Part shown: positions 30,271 through 45,072 of the stretch, one piece after another | Layout of the letters: every line of letters begins with the position of its first letter | How positions within the stretch are numbered: the stretch's first letter is position 1 | Source of the DNA: Eledone cirrhosa | Lineage: Eukaryota | Length of the DNA: 64,000 nucleotides | Direction of reading: 5' to 3' | NCBI GenBank assembly: GCA_964016885.1 | Contig: OZ024742.1 | Span: 157,728,001-157,792,000 of the forward strand | The notes under the pieces: generated by a model | Told to the model about the DNA's origin: nothing | The model's input: only the letters and a program-made list of their open reading frames with translations | Databases searched by the model: none | Made by a program: the position numbers and the translations under genes

Positions 30271-31544
30271 AGTTTAGCCTCAAAAGAACTGAAAAATAAT
30301 ACTCTCCATTTGTGTTTCTGTAATATATAATTTAAATGTTTTGCAATTCTAGTAAACGGTGGCGATTTTAGATTTGATATCCATGCATTAAAATTAACTG
30401 AATATATAAACATTTATAAGTTATATGCCTATTTCAAGCCTAAATTTATCTTAATTTATATTGAAAATTTTAGTTATCTGAAATATGTTAAAATCATTCA
30501 ATATATATACTTTACTTCATTTCCCTCATGTTTTCTGGTTTTGCACTTCTAAAAAAACACCACCAATCCTTATTTATCAAAATAATGTACACGAAAGGTA
30601 ACTTTAATTCACACAATATATTAAAATATTTGTATCTTAGCTTGAGAAAGAAAATACTTGGGATTTTAATTACAAAGAACCTCATTAACTAATAAATTAA
30701 TAAAATTGATTAGTAATTGATATATTAATCAACACTTAAAACTCATATCGATCTGCATATAGACATGAAAGAATGGTCTCTCTATTTATCAGAGAAGTTA
30801 AAATAAAAGGAAAAAGTACATCAGTACATATATTTGTTACCTGATAAATAAAAACCACTACGTCATATATATTGTTTTTCATGGAACCTTGCCTGAGATG
30901 AAAGTAAGTAAATTTACATAATAAAACTACACATTTAAGTGCCCATGTCACATACATTGTTTTGTTATGAATCTACACATTAAATACTACTATTCAACTT
31001 CAGTTAATGCGACGATTTAATGCAGCTATTATTGACCTCTCTAGGATATTACCTTTCTCCATTCGGTACAGTTAAGCGAAACATTAATTTTTTCCGAGTG
31101 AGATATAAGTTATGCACAATACTCCAGGCATGACATTTGAAGATATCATACAAACTAAGAATAAAGTTTGCAATTATTTCTTCTTTTTTAGAGGCCCAAC
31201 CATTATCAGGCTGAAAAAATTATAGACACTAGTAAGTCACATTTAAAATAATGTATGTGTGTTTCACTTTAAACTTTCTTTCCAAAAATATATATTAAAA
31301 ACATGCGTGTCACTTGGAACATACATTTGAACGTTGTCTATTATAATGTTCAACGTTTTGAGCAATTATATAATCAACTAAGCAAATACGTCTAGGGTCG
31401 ATTTCCAGTGTTGTTCGGGAATGTGAATTCCATAATCTGCTTACGAGGAACATGTGGAGACTACATAACTTGTCATGGGTGTGCTGGCTTCAATATCTTG
31501 TTCGTTCGTATTTACACGACTGCATATTCCTTTTACAACGTAAT

Positions 31545-31740
31545 CATTTCTGATTTAGGCAGAAGGCCAGTCAGTTTTGGGGAGGGGAAAGTCGATTAAA
31601 TCAACACAATTCGTTTGTGGTACTTTGTTTTGAGGACCACATAAGGATGAACGGTTAAGCTAACCTCGGTGGGATTTGAACTCAAAACGTAAAGAGCAGT
31701 TACTTTATACTACAAAGTATATTGTGCGACGCTTTACGAA
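31545..31740 (-). mobile_element. Diverged Nin/Deu-type SINE
   Basis: ggtactttgttttgaggaccacataaggatgaacggttaagctaacctcggtgggatttgaactca is a decayed copy of the same core and B box. Confidence 0.7.
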
Positions 31741-32199
31741 ATAATTATATTACATTAAGCCCCTTCAACAAAATTCCTTGCAGACTGTGGTTATTGACAA
31801 CATGACTATAAATGACCGCCATAGAGTTATTAGCTTCAAATTATTCTTTAGCATATGTTATGTAACACTTGCATAAATGTATATATTATGTATGTTTGTG
31901 TGCCTGTATGTATGCATTAATTTATATATTTGTCTGTGTGTATGTGTTTGTATATGTTTGTTTGTTCATGTGTGTGCATATATGTATGTGCGTATCTGTT
32001 CATGCGTATGTGTACATCAGTTTGTCAAACTATTTCAATTTTTGCAGTTGTGGAACACAGTCTCACCAATCTGTGAATTATATCTAAAATATGATTTCCT
32101 CAATTAACATAACTGAGAGATTCGCTGAAGGTAGAACCTCAACGTCTTCGAATTAAGAAATCACAACTCCGATACTACATATATATAATTAGTATATCT

Positions 32200-32440
32200 C
32201 AGGACTGTATCGTTGGTCAAATTTTGCAAGCAAAACCAACCGGCATGAGACCTAGGAAAAGGCCCCGAACAAGATGGTTAAATAACACCCATGAGCTCTG
32301 CTGGTCTCCTTTGTGGATCCGCTGAGATAAGTTGGAGATAGTTACAACTGATAGAGCCCACTGGAAGGCGTCTATGAAGACTCTTTCTCCTCTACCCTTC
32401 GACAAACAAGTGTGCGAAGAAGAAGAAGAAGAAGAAGATC

Positions 32441-32480
<40 letters not shown>

Positions 32481-32487
32481 GCAGCAG

Positions 32488-32522
<35 letters not shown>

Positions 32523-32535
32523 ACAACAACAACAT
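32200..32535 (+). mobile_element. RTE LINE 3' end with (GAA)n/(CAA)n tail
   Basis: GMRPRKRPRTRWLN...DRAHWK then (gaa)n and (caa/cag)n. Related to the 59340-59585 fragment. Confidence 0.75.
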
Positions 32536-33635
32536 AAATTATTACTAACAAAAACAAGCACGCACTATGCATGATGGGTTATTTATTTAATAAATCTACG
32601 TGTAATCATGATGTGCAACCCTTAAACTGTGTGAAACAAATACGGACCCCCTCACACATACATTCACAAACACATATACACAGTGTAAACAATAATAATA
32701 CATTATAACAATATCAGTCTGTATAGAGTGTAATGTGAGCATTTTATTGTGGCACTAGATTGATAGCTGACTAATAATGATTATATAATGTGTATGACAT
32801 GAATAAGTATTTAACAATATATTTCTGAAAAGCATTACTAGTCTGGAAATCATTTTAATTTATCATGGCTTTCTTTTTTGGCATCTTAGAAAATATAAAG
32901 AGAATTTGAGAAACATGAATATGTTCTTATTTGAGAGGGCTGAGGCGAAAAAATAACTGATGCAAATTTCATTAACATAATAATTTAAAGAACATATCTA
33001 CTTAATATACCTACTACTACTGTAGAGATATAGTTCTTGAAAATAAACCTGAAATAACAAATCAATAGTAAGAATATGAGTTCATTTATTTTTTTAATTT
33101 TATGAAAGCACAAGGATTAAATCTCATGTAAATTTGAAATTCGATCATTAACAAGAGATGTAATAAAATAGATTTCGCTAAATTGGATATTTCACGCAGA
33201 GAAATTTTCTAGTTGGATGATAACTGAATCATTATCAATGACGGAAATTTTAATAAGGATATGAAGCAGACACGTAGGTAGGTAATTTTCTTGTCTTAGT
33301 ATGGAAAATTATATAGTTATTCTTTTTTATTAAATATATACATTCATAGACGAGTCAATTTCATATTTTAACGAGAATATTTAAACATATTATATCGAGA
33401 TAATTTGTGGTTTTAAATGGCGTGAATATTAATAGTAAGTAAACGTAGATCAGCAAATGTAGATGAATAGTGTACTATGGAGTAATATTTTAGTTGTAAC
33501 ACAAAAAAGCTATTTTAATTGACAAGACTGAATTACATAATACACAAACGAGACAGCATAAGGTTTTAGTCAGTCGTTGATGAATCACGCAAAATACATT
33601 GTTTTACACACAGACTCGCACACACACACACACGC

Positions 33636-33683
<48 letters not shown>

Positions 33684-33752
33684 GAGGGAGAGAGAAAGAG
33701 AGAGAGTGAGAGAGAAAGAGAGAGAGTGAGAGAGAAAGATATGTGTGTATCT

Positions 33753-36525
33753 TAGAGTGTGCCATAAAAATTAAGGTCACAATACTAACGCTCCCTGTGT
33801 ATTTTCCCATTATAAATGCCCCATTTGGTAAAAAAAGAACATATTTTCATATTTTGTATAAAATAAATTATTTTGAGCCCTGCCTATATCATCGTGATTA
33901 TAGTGGAAAGTGTGATTATGTTGCATGAAATCATGAACATGTGAAACTAAATATGACCATTCAATAGTTGTTTATTTTATTAATCCATTATATTTAGTAA
34001 ACCAGCTTTGAATATAAAGGCGTACAAGGAAGAAACAAGTTCAGTTAAGTTAACTCTAGTCATATTTTTTCCGATTTTCTTTTTTGAGCTTCGACTACTT
34101 GACGAACACACTGCTTCTCCTCCTCATTATTGGTGATGGCAACAAAATCAGTTATCAACTTGATTGCTCTCTCCGCCAGATTGTTGACTACCTTGATATT
34201 GTGAACAACAGCACAGAAATGTTGATATGACGCTTGTGATGACCAAGTTGCAGGTGAGAGCTCAATCAAGCCAAGTATCGTCGAGACAGAGGAGATCGAA
34301 CAGAAGCCTTGATTTCTTCCCAACTAGATGAGGCAGCTTCGTCGGCGACTTCAACTCGGGAAATACTGGAGCACCACGTTCGAGAGGCCCAGACGTTTTC
34401 GTTTTGACAAGACGTTGGGCTATTTGTTTCTTCTCGGACTCTTGTACCCGACTTGAAAACAGCGCTAGTGGAATGGCTTCCTCCGTCAGGTACCAAAGAT
34501 GCCTGCTCAGAGCAGTAGTGGCTGCCTGCAAGAGATCTCTGTCAACATTACTGTACTGTGTCAACTCCACGTAGAATTGAAGGTCATTGGATGGTGCAAC
34601 AACACACTTGACTGCTGTCAGCCAGTATCGTACGTAGAACAGAGCATTAGACATACAGATCCGGCGCAACTTTTCCATTTTAGCGTGATCGTAATTGAGT
34701 CGCTCACCAAATGCATCCATTTTTGCACTATAGATGATTGTGGACATCCACCGAGCATTATGATGTGCACCAGGCAGCATTCAATGAATTCGACGAGGAG
34801 GGGTGACACCAAGCAAGATCAACATCAACTCGACACATTCTCAGTAGTTTGTCCCGTGGAAGAGAACTCATTTTCCTATCGTGGGATATCAGCAAATCTT
34901 GGAGGAACTTGATGTTCTCAGAACACAGATGCTTGAGTCTCCGGTCGACATTGTTCAATGTTTTAAAGTTGGTCTTGTCCGTGAGTGACACCCAATCTTT
35001 TTTGAACTCCTTGAACTCGGGGTGTCTAGACTGGACATTGCTCCGAATAGTTCTTGCTACATTGCACACAAGATACGCTCCATGACATGGTGCCGACAAG
35101 CAAAGTAAAACACCTTTTTGTTGAGCATCTCTTCTAGTTTCACGCAGGCACCATTTTTCCATCCAGAGTTCGAAGCAGTTGTGTCGAAGACCAAGCCCAC
35201 CACAGCCCCATTCCAATCTTTAACAAAATCAACATTCCAATCTTTAACAAGATCAAATGATGCTTTGGCTTGGGTGGTTCCAGTGCCATCAGGAATTATG
35301 GGAAGACCGAGAAGTTTACCTTCTCTGAAGTTCGGAGTTCCATCAACTAGCACACCAAGCCTCTCGTGATCACTAGGAATTATTTTGCCATCCCAATGCA
35401 AGGTAACAAAGTCTGGTACAGCAATTTGTTCCTTTATGTCTTCAGCCCCCACAGTTCTGATCTTCATAGCTGCACGTCTGCTACTATTCTTGGAGAGAGT
35501 TGTGGCGTCTATGTCAGTCCCACCCTCAGAAATAATCGATGCCATAAATGCTGTTCTCTGCCCCAGTGTCAGGTTTAAATGATCAGCTATTAGAGAAGTA
35601 TTTTGACTTTGAAATGGATTCTTTGGGATGTCCAGCTGCATTTTTCGTTTCTTGTCTGATTTTGAGCTGTCTCTGGGTGGTTTGAGGTCTGAAATTCAGG
35701 ATCCTGTTCATCTTCAGTTTCATCCTTGGTTGGAAGTTGTGCTGCTACAGATCCTGAGAAAGGCTTTCTATGGTTCTCTGGCTCTCGACGAGCCACAGAA
35801 ATCTGATCACGCTTCAACTTTGAAGATACGTTTATCTGGTAACCCTTGTCTTCAGCACCCAGAGATACTTTTTTCTGGCAACGCAGGTCTTCGAGAAATG
35901 TAGCATCTTCCATTTTCTGTTCATTATTACGAAGACGGGCTTTCAAAATTTTCTTTTCAGCATTAGCATGTGCAATGTACAAATACGAATCCAATTCAGA
36001 AATAAATAGCGCTTCCTTTTCTTTGTTTGACTTAGAACCATTGTTTCTTTTTTGTAAATCTCTGTATTCGCTGTACATTTTCATAATTTTCAGTTTCACT
36101 TTGTCTTTTCGTTGAGTCGTCACACCAGCTTTTTTCCCACTGACTAACTACTTCCATCACAAGCCTATCCGCAATAGCACCATTGAAGCTCACATGCTTT
36201 TCGAGTTTCATAGGACCATCTTTCAGGTAGAAAAAATATCTTAGGATATCCCCCTTTGTTTGTATTTTGTTTGGTGAAAAGGATGTAACATATTACCCCA
36301 GGAGCCATATTTCTCGATCATCACAACTGAGAGAGTAGCTACAATTAGGCCCACTGGTTTCCGCCATTATTCTGCCAATTTGCAACTATTAGGCAAGGCT
36401 TAAATTAGTCTGAAATAATCGAAATTACATTATAAATTGATAATATACAAAATGGAATGAGAAAATGCCTAGGGAGCTACGAAAAAAACACTTTTGTGTA
36501 AAATGTGGGATTCTGGAACACGCTA
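33753..36525 (-). mobile_element. Full-length hAT-superfamily (hATm-like) DNA transposon
   Basis: Imperfect TIRs TAGAGTGTGCCA (from 33753) and TAGCGTGTTCCA (reverse complement, ending 36525). 8-bp TSD gtgtatct (33745-33752) / atgtatct (36526-36533). Confidence 0.88.
34060..36367 (-). pseudogene. hATm-like transposase, frameshifted
   Basis: ATG at 36367; TKGDILRYFFY, TLHWDGK, FDTTASNSGWKNGAC, FACRHHVME, PGAHHNARWM, RHLWYLTEE, VVNNLAERAIKLI, spread over several frames. Confidence 0.9.
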
Positions 36526-37059
36526 ATGTATCTCTATTTTAATGTTTAACTGTGTGTGGTAAAAAAGTTAATGTGTGAGTGAATGTGTCCAATGTGAGTA
36601 ACTATACATTATTGGGACGTACGTGTGCGTGTAGATAGTTAACATGGGTTGCGATATATGGGTGTTTGAAACTGTAGCTTACCTTCATGTGTGCGCAGTT
36701 TCATGAATGGGCATATATGTTTATTTTATTCATGTATTTTTCACAATGAGTATGTCTTTAAGATGCCTATGTATGTCTGCGATATGTTTTACTGACACAT
36801 TTAGTTAGTAGATTTTTGGTAAGTTTTCTAAACTATAATCTAGAATATCTTTCATATAAAACTTCATAAATTATTTAAAAACGGATTGTCAATTATATTA
36901 CTAGAAATAATGTGAAGGATATTGTTATTTATAAATTTATTCTTCAAAATAATCCACCATCTCCCATGCATTTTGTCTGAGGAGAACATGTTTTGGACTA
37001 TGTTATACATAAGCTTGCATCTTCTAAATATGTATGATAAAATGAATAGTGATGACCTG

Positions 37060-37142
37060 TAATAACTATCTTTTGTTTATAACGTACCAGTAATTCACTG
37101 AGATAATTGCTAGCATTGTGCCAAAAGTAGAAACAATTATTA
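37060..37142 (+). mobile_element. SINE 3' fragment
   Basis: gtaccagtaattcactgagataattgctagcattgtgccaaaagtagaaacaatt matches the SINE tail. Confidence 0.6.
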
Positions 37143-37367
37143 TATATATAATGTGTGCATATATATACGCCCCCTCCGTGGTGTTTTATACTGGTGTGAA
37201 TGTATACCTCTATATTTACAGGCATCCAGTTGGATTTATATATATGTATGTACCGTATGTATGCGGATAGCCCCCAACATACACACACGCACATATATAT
37301 ATGTATATATATGTATATATATGTATATATATATGTGTGTGTGTGTGTCTGTGTCTGTGTGTGTATG

Positions 37368-37400
<33 letters not shown>

Positions 37401-38469
37401 GTACGCATAAATAACCATATATGCTTAAACGATATACAGGAAAACGTAGCAACTTGTATTGGTGCATTGATCTGTAAAGCTTTACAAATACACGTTCATG
37501 GCAGTAAACATAATTTAATGGTGCATGGTGTTGGGGTGATGAAATATCTCATCGAGAATTTATATATTATTTATATATTTTTGAGATAATGTCATTCAGA
37601 TCAACTATTTTACATTTTTTTCTTCATTAATATATGGTTTTATATCATTTTCATGTCTACACATATCGAGGTATGTGTTTTCAATCTTAAATATATAAAG
37701 ATCCTCTGAGAACATAAAACGTTTTTTTTTTTTTTGTGGTCTTTGGCTTTCAAGTACCTTCTTTATTCAAAGATTATACGGGGTATAACACTGTTTTCTT
37801 AATACTTAAAGTAAATGCATGTTGCCTTTTACCATAACTATGCTTTCCACTTCGCATTGAGTATCATTTTCGAGGATTTTATTACTGCAAATATGAAGTG
37901 AAGTACTTCACGTGTATTTGCCGAACGTTGGGGTGGAGAGAATGATGGGAGAATGTCATATGTGTATGTTGTTATAATTGACAAAAGATATATTGTTTAT
38001 ATACAGTAATGTATAATGCGGTTAGGGAGATGGAAAGGAGAATGTGCTCTTAAAACCTTTTGGGCATCATATAGTGTGGATTTGAAGATACAATGGCTAG
38101 AAAATATCGTTATTTTTACAGTAGGAAACTTAGCTACAAACGAAGGTATTTTAAAGTATTTTACCACGAGATTATGACTTTTCGACTACACTCAACATGG
38201 TCCAGATGTCTTGCCAAATCTAAATAGTTGGTGTCTGTCTCATGCAAGCAATCTGTGAATCAGCTAAATGTTGCAACTGCCTCACATGTAAATGTGAGTG
38301 TTAGACGATCTGAAAGTTATCGTCAATTACTTTATGAAATTCTATTGCTGGATTCTATTTTTAGTGTGTTTTTGTTTCGTATTTTGTGACTCGCTTTAAT
38401 AGAGATTTGAACCTTGTTAACAATATTTTTTACATTTATTCCATCGATATTGCATGATGTTTGGGTTAT

Positions 38470-38800
38470 TGGACTAGGCGACATATATAACGAGTTCAAT
38501 TCCAACTCAAGTTAACATTGTCTTTCATCCTTCGAAATTTATACAGGGATTAATGTAATCGAACATCACCAGACTATACTCTGTGAAAGAAGGTAAATGT
38601 TAGAAAATACGTTCAAGTACCTGGATATATATGTCTGTTGTGGCACAAGGCCAGAAAATCCTGGAGAAAGGCAACAGTGATCAAAAGTAATTTTCTTTTT
38701 ATCGACCATCAACCGATAAGAATCAAAAGAGGATTGTTAGGATTTGAACGTAACTAGCTACAAGGGAAGTCTACCCCTTGCTCAACCAATTCTACCAATG
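38470..38800. mobile_element. Two heavily diverged SINE relics (plus ~38470-38620, minus ~38640-38800)
   Basis: gagttcaattcc...tctttcatccttcg on plus; ggcacaaggcc...tttatcgacc...ggatttgaac reading as a minus-strand copy. Confidence 0.55.
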
Positions 38801-40099
38801 TCCTGTCGTGAAATATCTTAAAATGTATCTCAATTTTCTGTTGAATTTCAAGTACGGTATAATATCATTCATCTTATTAGCAAACATATTTATATACAAC
38901 ACGCATACATAAACATCTGTTAGTATGGAACGCACAAATTATGTCTTTTAACACTTTTGTAAAATCTATATTAGAGCCGTATTCTGTCAGTTTACATAGC
39001 TATAATTCCATTCAAGTAAATCCGAGTTGCGCTGACGAATTATTTAAACGCTAATGTGTCAACATTGAAAGCCTCAAGTGAAATAGAAACATTTAAATAA
39101 TAAAAGCTGATCCTGTTTTAAATGGGTTTCTTTTGCCTTGATAATTTAATGAAACCTCATTTACATAAACTGCCGTTGGTAACTAAATAGCACCTTTGAT
39201 AAAAATCAAATTATATTAAAATTGATCGTGAATTTGTTTTTTCCTTTCGTTTTCAACTGGTGATAACGCATAGATTTTATAATTAAACTTAATAGTCACT
39301 TTCCTTTCATCCCTCCCGTTCATGCCTTAGCTGTGATGTCTTCACACGTGGGATTTTTTAAAGCACAACTGCTGTGACGTGTTGAAATTGAAATTTTCTA
39401 TATCGGGTCTCTATTTTGCAGTGAAGATTATGCAACCTTCCAATGAACAGGCACATATGAAATTCTAATTTCTTACTAAAAATGCTATTTCCCACTTTCT
39501 ATCTAATCTAAAAAAACAATCAGTAATATCTGCCTCGACAGATTTGCTATTTTGCTTTATGAATATATTTATGAAGAAATATTAGTGTTTTCTATTTTGG
39601 GAAAATGATCCCAGCGCACAATATATCTTTCATGCTTAATTGTAAAAGGAAAACACCTTTTCTTTGCAATTGCTATTTCCCTATGAATGGTATAGTGTGC
39701 TATGTGTTTTTGCTATGTGTTTTTACGACTCAGTATTGTAATTGTATATCCGTTTACAATATTTTCATGTGAGTAGTTTAATTGTGGGTGGAGGATTGTG
39801 TTGCAATTGGATTTGTTTTACCTGTCACTTGCTATCAAATGAATTTGTTAGAAAATATTGATTTCTTATACAGCATAAATGACTATATTTCCCGCGATAG
39901 TTATATATTACATCGAATTCATGTTACTGGATTATTGTGAATTAGTCTCTCGAAACACAGATCGATACATATGTAGAGGCAATCCACCGCCTCGTTTCTT
40001 AAGTTTAATATATTATTAGTAGTAGGAACGGTGGTGATGGTGGTAGTAGTGATGATAATAATGATAATAATGGCTATCCAACTAGTTAAGAGGTATAAG

Positions 40100-41400
40100 A
40101 TATAAGATATATTAACATGGGAGAACAGTTAATGTTATTTAACTAATGTATTGGTACGCGATGGGGCCCACCCATAGACCCGGCGGACAGACTGGAGAAG
40201 GCGTTTCCCCGGAGGACGGCAAAGGAGACGCGCTGGAAAAGCCACTCCAACTCGCGGGGCTCACACCTACGGCTGGCCAGCTCAGCGCCTATGGTGTTGA
40301 GTAAGGAGGTAGCCCTGGGGCCGAGGACACTAGAAGTTTCCACTGCCAGGGGAACGTCCGCAAACCTGTCGGAGAGCGACCGGTATTTGAGGAGTTTGGC
40401 CCCCTCAGCCCGACGTGCAGTAGAACTTGGGTCAGTCGCAGACTGCACCAGGTAAGGGCTGCAGAAAGTGTCGGTGCAAGTGGCATCCCAGACGAAGGGT
40501 TTGCCACCGCGGAACGGGAAGATGGTCTCATGCCATCTAGCCTTTTGCCGTCCCCTCGATACCAGCCCCACCGGCTCGAGCTGGGAAGGGAAGCCTGCAG
40601 CGTCCAAGCCATGCTTAATGAGCTCGTTAAGGGCAGTATGGCGTGGAATGCGGCCCGCACTGTGGCGACAGGAAAGCGGGTGGAGGCCGAAAGAGTCCAC
40701 GGTGGAAACGCAGCGACATTGGTCTGGCTGGCAGATACGGAGGCCGAGCCTCAGGGAAACGCCGATTCGCAGGCTATGGTGTTCTAGCTGCGTGCCAGTG
40801 GAGAAGGAGGGCAGAGCATGGAGACAGGCACCACTGTGGTGTTTGGAGGCCGCACGAAAACAAGCAAGGCGGTGCTGGTCGAGCTGGCGCGTGAGCCTGT
40901 CTGAGGCCAGGCTGCACTGGATGGCATCCCAAGTGATTGGGGGGACTTGACGCCAACAAGGGGAGAAGGAGGATGGACGTCTACTGGGCTAGTTCCCAAC
41001 CGGTCCCACGTCTCACAGGCGGCCTCACGTTCTCTGAACACAGAGGATTATGTTGTGTTTTGAAGAACCCTGCTGACGAGGACGCGGCACGAGGTTACCG
41101 ACGAAAGATACGCCGGCAAAGCTAGTGAGCTCGGGAACCGGAGGCCTATTGCCTGTTGTCTCCCTATGTCGTCAAATTTGACGTTGCATATCCCCTCGGT
41201 TGCTGCTTGGATACAAGTATCGAGGTCAGCGAGGAGAGATGTCTGAGTGTAGCATGGAGCGCTGCGGAGTGTATAGAGGAGCTTCGGCATGGCGAAGCAG
41301 TTCCTCAGCAGAAAGAGAGCTGGGTGGCCGTCAATCAAGCCCAGTCCGCTCGTGAGAGTCTGGAGCTGTTGAAGCCTGGACCTGATGGTGGTGCGGCACC
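40100..41400 (-). mobile_element. 5'-truncated CRE-clade non-LTR retroelement (restriction-like endonuclease C-terminus)
   Basis: ALFLLRNCFAMPKLLYTLRSAP; C..C....DSFGLHPLSC knuckle; RHTALN; GKRLDG (RPDG-like); WDATCTDT; AEGAKLLKY; PLAVETSSVLGP; LFQRVSFAVLRGNA. GC-rich and frameshifted. Confidence 0.88.
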
Positions 41401-42229
41401 AGCCATTTACACATATAACCTCCATAAATTAGGAAATATATCCATTTCGAAAAAATGGGATAAAATAGTTGTTGCAGAGCATGGAGGTTTGCCACTCGAA
41501 AATCTAACCGGTTGCAGAAGCTGTTGCATGTTGATATCACTCACGTTAGAATATGCGCAATTCCTTACTTTATGTATAGTGGAAAAATAACGATCGCACA
41601 AAAAGACATCGTACTTTCTATATATTGATACCACATCTGAATCAAGAGAGTTGGTTGGCTGAAACGCAAACATACATAATAAACATATTGCAGTGTTTAT
41701 TCATATACCTTAGTTTTAATTTCTTCATTCTCCTCGATCTAAAATATTCTTTCCATGAGCGAAACAGCGACTAAATTAATAAATTAACCATGAAACAAAA
41801 TATAATCCATATGTAAGTTGAGACATTAGGGCAGTTCTGCAGTTAATATATTTGTTTTGGTAGTATATGATATATTCCAAACCTGCCGTTACTCTATAGA
41901 TAAAAGTACAATATTTTTCATGAGGCTTCCCAGAAACAATAGGAATATGTTAGGGCATTTACACCGAGAGAACAACTTAATATATAATTGAAAAACAGCA
42001 AATTTAAGGTGGCTGATCTCTATGAAAGATCGCCAATATTGTCAGCAAGATAACGTTTTATGTTTCCTATCAGCAACATGAACAAACAGAATTCCTGTCC
42101 TTTTACTGGAACACCACATAGAGTTGAATTGAGATCGGTACATGAGGTTCCAGTAAGGTAATGACATAATCTTCAAAAAACATTTACAGACATATTTTCA
42201 GTATGAAACTATTTCTCCTGTATTCTTCA

Positions 42230-42790
42230 TTGCTCTAGATCGATGGGACTGGAGTCACCACAGATCATCGATCCCAGGGCATCATCGTGCGTAGAATAGA
42301 TAAGGTCCACCAGTGTTTTCCATCACTTCTGGTGTCGTGCTAGCATCTCTGTCTCATCCAAGGTGACGTTGAGCCTGTGCGTATCTTCCTTAATCACATT
42401 TAGTCATCTGCTGTAGGGCCTGTCACGGGGCCTATTCAGTCAAACGAGAGTAATGCCCTGGTAGGATGATTTGGAGATTGGTGAGGATATACTCGTACCA
42501 CTGCAGGCGGCGGATGGCAGTGAAGCGTGAGGCTGCGGGCGGATGCGTGTGATCACCCAAATCTTTGTTCGAAACAAGGTGGTACCACCTGGTGTTCTCG
42601 ATGGTTCTCAGGGCGCTGCTATAGAAGCCGTCGATCCTCTTTACCAGGGTCTTTTTTGAGGTGCGATGCTCCTGCTCCACAGCGTTGAAAGGAAAATACC
42701 GACACATTGGTGATACAGAGCTTCGTCTTCTGTATGATTGGGCTTGCATGGGGAGTGCATGACCACGGCGGACAGACCGCATTTGTAAAA
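42230..42790 (-). mobile_element. RTE LINE 3' fragment
   Basis: KKTLVKRIDGFYSSALRTIENTRWYHLVSNKDL...RRLQWY, then an RPRDRP-like motif. Confidence 0.75.
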
Positions 42791-43175
42791 GTTTCCATTT
42801 ACTCTAAAACTTTCCAAATTATATATACATACTCGATTACTTTCCATATTAATACGACCCGCTCTTGTATTGTTCGTAGATTTTATTAGTATTAAGATCA
42901 TGACCGACAATTAAAAAAAGCCATATTAGAAATATATACAAAAGAAATTTTGTCTATTCATAGAATATAACACAACTATAAATGTATACAACAACATGAA
43001 AACCGGAAATTTAAAACAGGCGTGCACGTATTTATACGCAGTGTGTACATTACCTACTTCTCATGCTGGTCTGCCGATTACAATCAACTTGAAAGAGAAA
43101 TTTTAATAATTTCATAATTTCACCTTACACTTAACACTGAATGGTGTATAATATATATATATATACTATAAGAAA

Positions 43176-43218
<43 letters not shown>

Positions 43219-43253
43219 TAAAATAACTGTCTTCAAATTTATTATTATTACTA

Positions 43254-43308
<55 letters not shown>

Positions 43309-43317
43309 ATGTATATA

Positions 43318-43391
<74 letters not shown>

Positions 43392-45072
43392 GTGATATTA
43401 TATTCATAGATAGATAGATAGATATAGATATATATGTATATATATGTGTGTGTGTTTATTCGTGCGTGTGTGATGCAATCGACGTCCAACAAATTGCTTC
43501 TCATTCGAAGCGTAAAGGCATAGTATATGAATATTCTGTAATCCTGTCTTGCATGAAAACCAATTCGTTCCTATAATATATCACAATATTGTGAACGGCG
43601 TTTAATTTTTCGTCGTTTTAAACTCCAGTGCATCAAACTGTAACTGTGTTACAGGAATGAATATAAAAGACAATTTTGCATTTGCAATTTCATTGATTAT
43701 GTAGATGGCAATATTAGTTACATCCTGCTCATCATATAAGCATAGAAAATCTCTCTAAATTACTTTGAGGATCCGTTTTGCTAATTTATAAGTACAATCA
43801 ATGATTTAATATGCTTCAATTTAGATCGCAGTTTGATGTTTTGTTTTGTCTTGATATTTATGACGTTATATCATCGTATTCGTTGAATAAAAGGCAAGCA
43901 TCTCCGCATATTTTGCTGTCGGGTAGCGTAATATAACGGGCCACATATATGATCAGGATAATTATCGATATTTTTTTCTGATAATTGCTGTGAATTGATT
44001 ACCGATCGAAATATCTTAGTCGTAGCATTCTTGGAACAAACTATTTTAAAATCAAGTTCCCTTATTTGGATATATTATTCCCTGACGTGAAGTTTCACGG
44101 TTTTCGTATCAAACTTAAAATCATTATAAGTGTACTATGCAATATGTACAAGAGAAAAATACTGTTACATACATAAGTAATTTTAGAATTATATATTGTA
44201 TTTATTTTTAAGATGGAAGTTAATATAAGATTACTAAAGCACATTTCCAGATTACCTTTTATCTTTCAACATTAAAATTAATTTGAATATATTTTATGCC
44301 GCGGAAAAGAAGTGAAATGTATATATGGGTTCACTATGTTTTTGAACTCTCTACGATCTCAACAAAGCAAACGTATGACATAGTAAAGCACACAGCAAAC
44401 ATATTTGATTAAGCAACATATTCCGCTGCAATGATAATAATTTCTCATGTTCTGAGATATTTCTATCAAGACAGATTAAACTTCTAATAAGATATGCTTT
44501 TGCAATTAGCACTAAACGATTAAAAAAGCTGAAGTGTGGTAGAGATGTTAATTAATGGAATTGGAATGTGCCCAATGTACCAAGTATCGTTACACATGTT
44601 ACAAATTCTTGCTAAAAACCATTTAGTCTGATTTGTTTAGCATCTTGAAAAGGGGGGAATGTTACAAAATGGTTAAACACGTATTCAGAATCATGGAATA
44701 CGTATATTTCTGTATAGCATATAAAGAAATTATTAAGAAAATAATATCTGCATATCTTCAGAATAAAGCCAACCGGTGTACAAAACTTCGTGCTGCACAT
44801 TCATGTCTTTCTGAAGATGTCATCGATTATTATTTGCCTAGCATTAATTTACAAACAAAAGAAATATTTAGCTAACTCAAAGTCGGTGATTGTTTAATGT
44901 TACGTGAACCATTATATATAGTTACATATACAAAAGTGGGAATATATAAACATATATACATATATTATATATATTTATATATATACATATAAACAAACAT
45001 ACAGACATATATATGTAACACATATATATATATATATGTTTAACATGTGCGACACCACACTAATACATTTCA

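Noticed and set aside
32332-32574. Poly-E/poly-Q ORF
   Set aside because: It is the (GAA)n/(CAA)n tail of an RTE fragment.
41407-41673. Short ORFs with faint piggyBac-like residues
   Set aside because: No unambiguous catalytic motif or TTAA/TIR ends.
41709-41738. Possible 30-nt micro-exon on minus (ag|IEENEEIKTK|gt)
   Set aside because: Weak splice context, no partner exons and no recognisable homology; needs RNA-seq.
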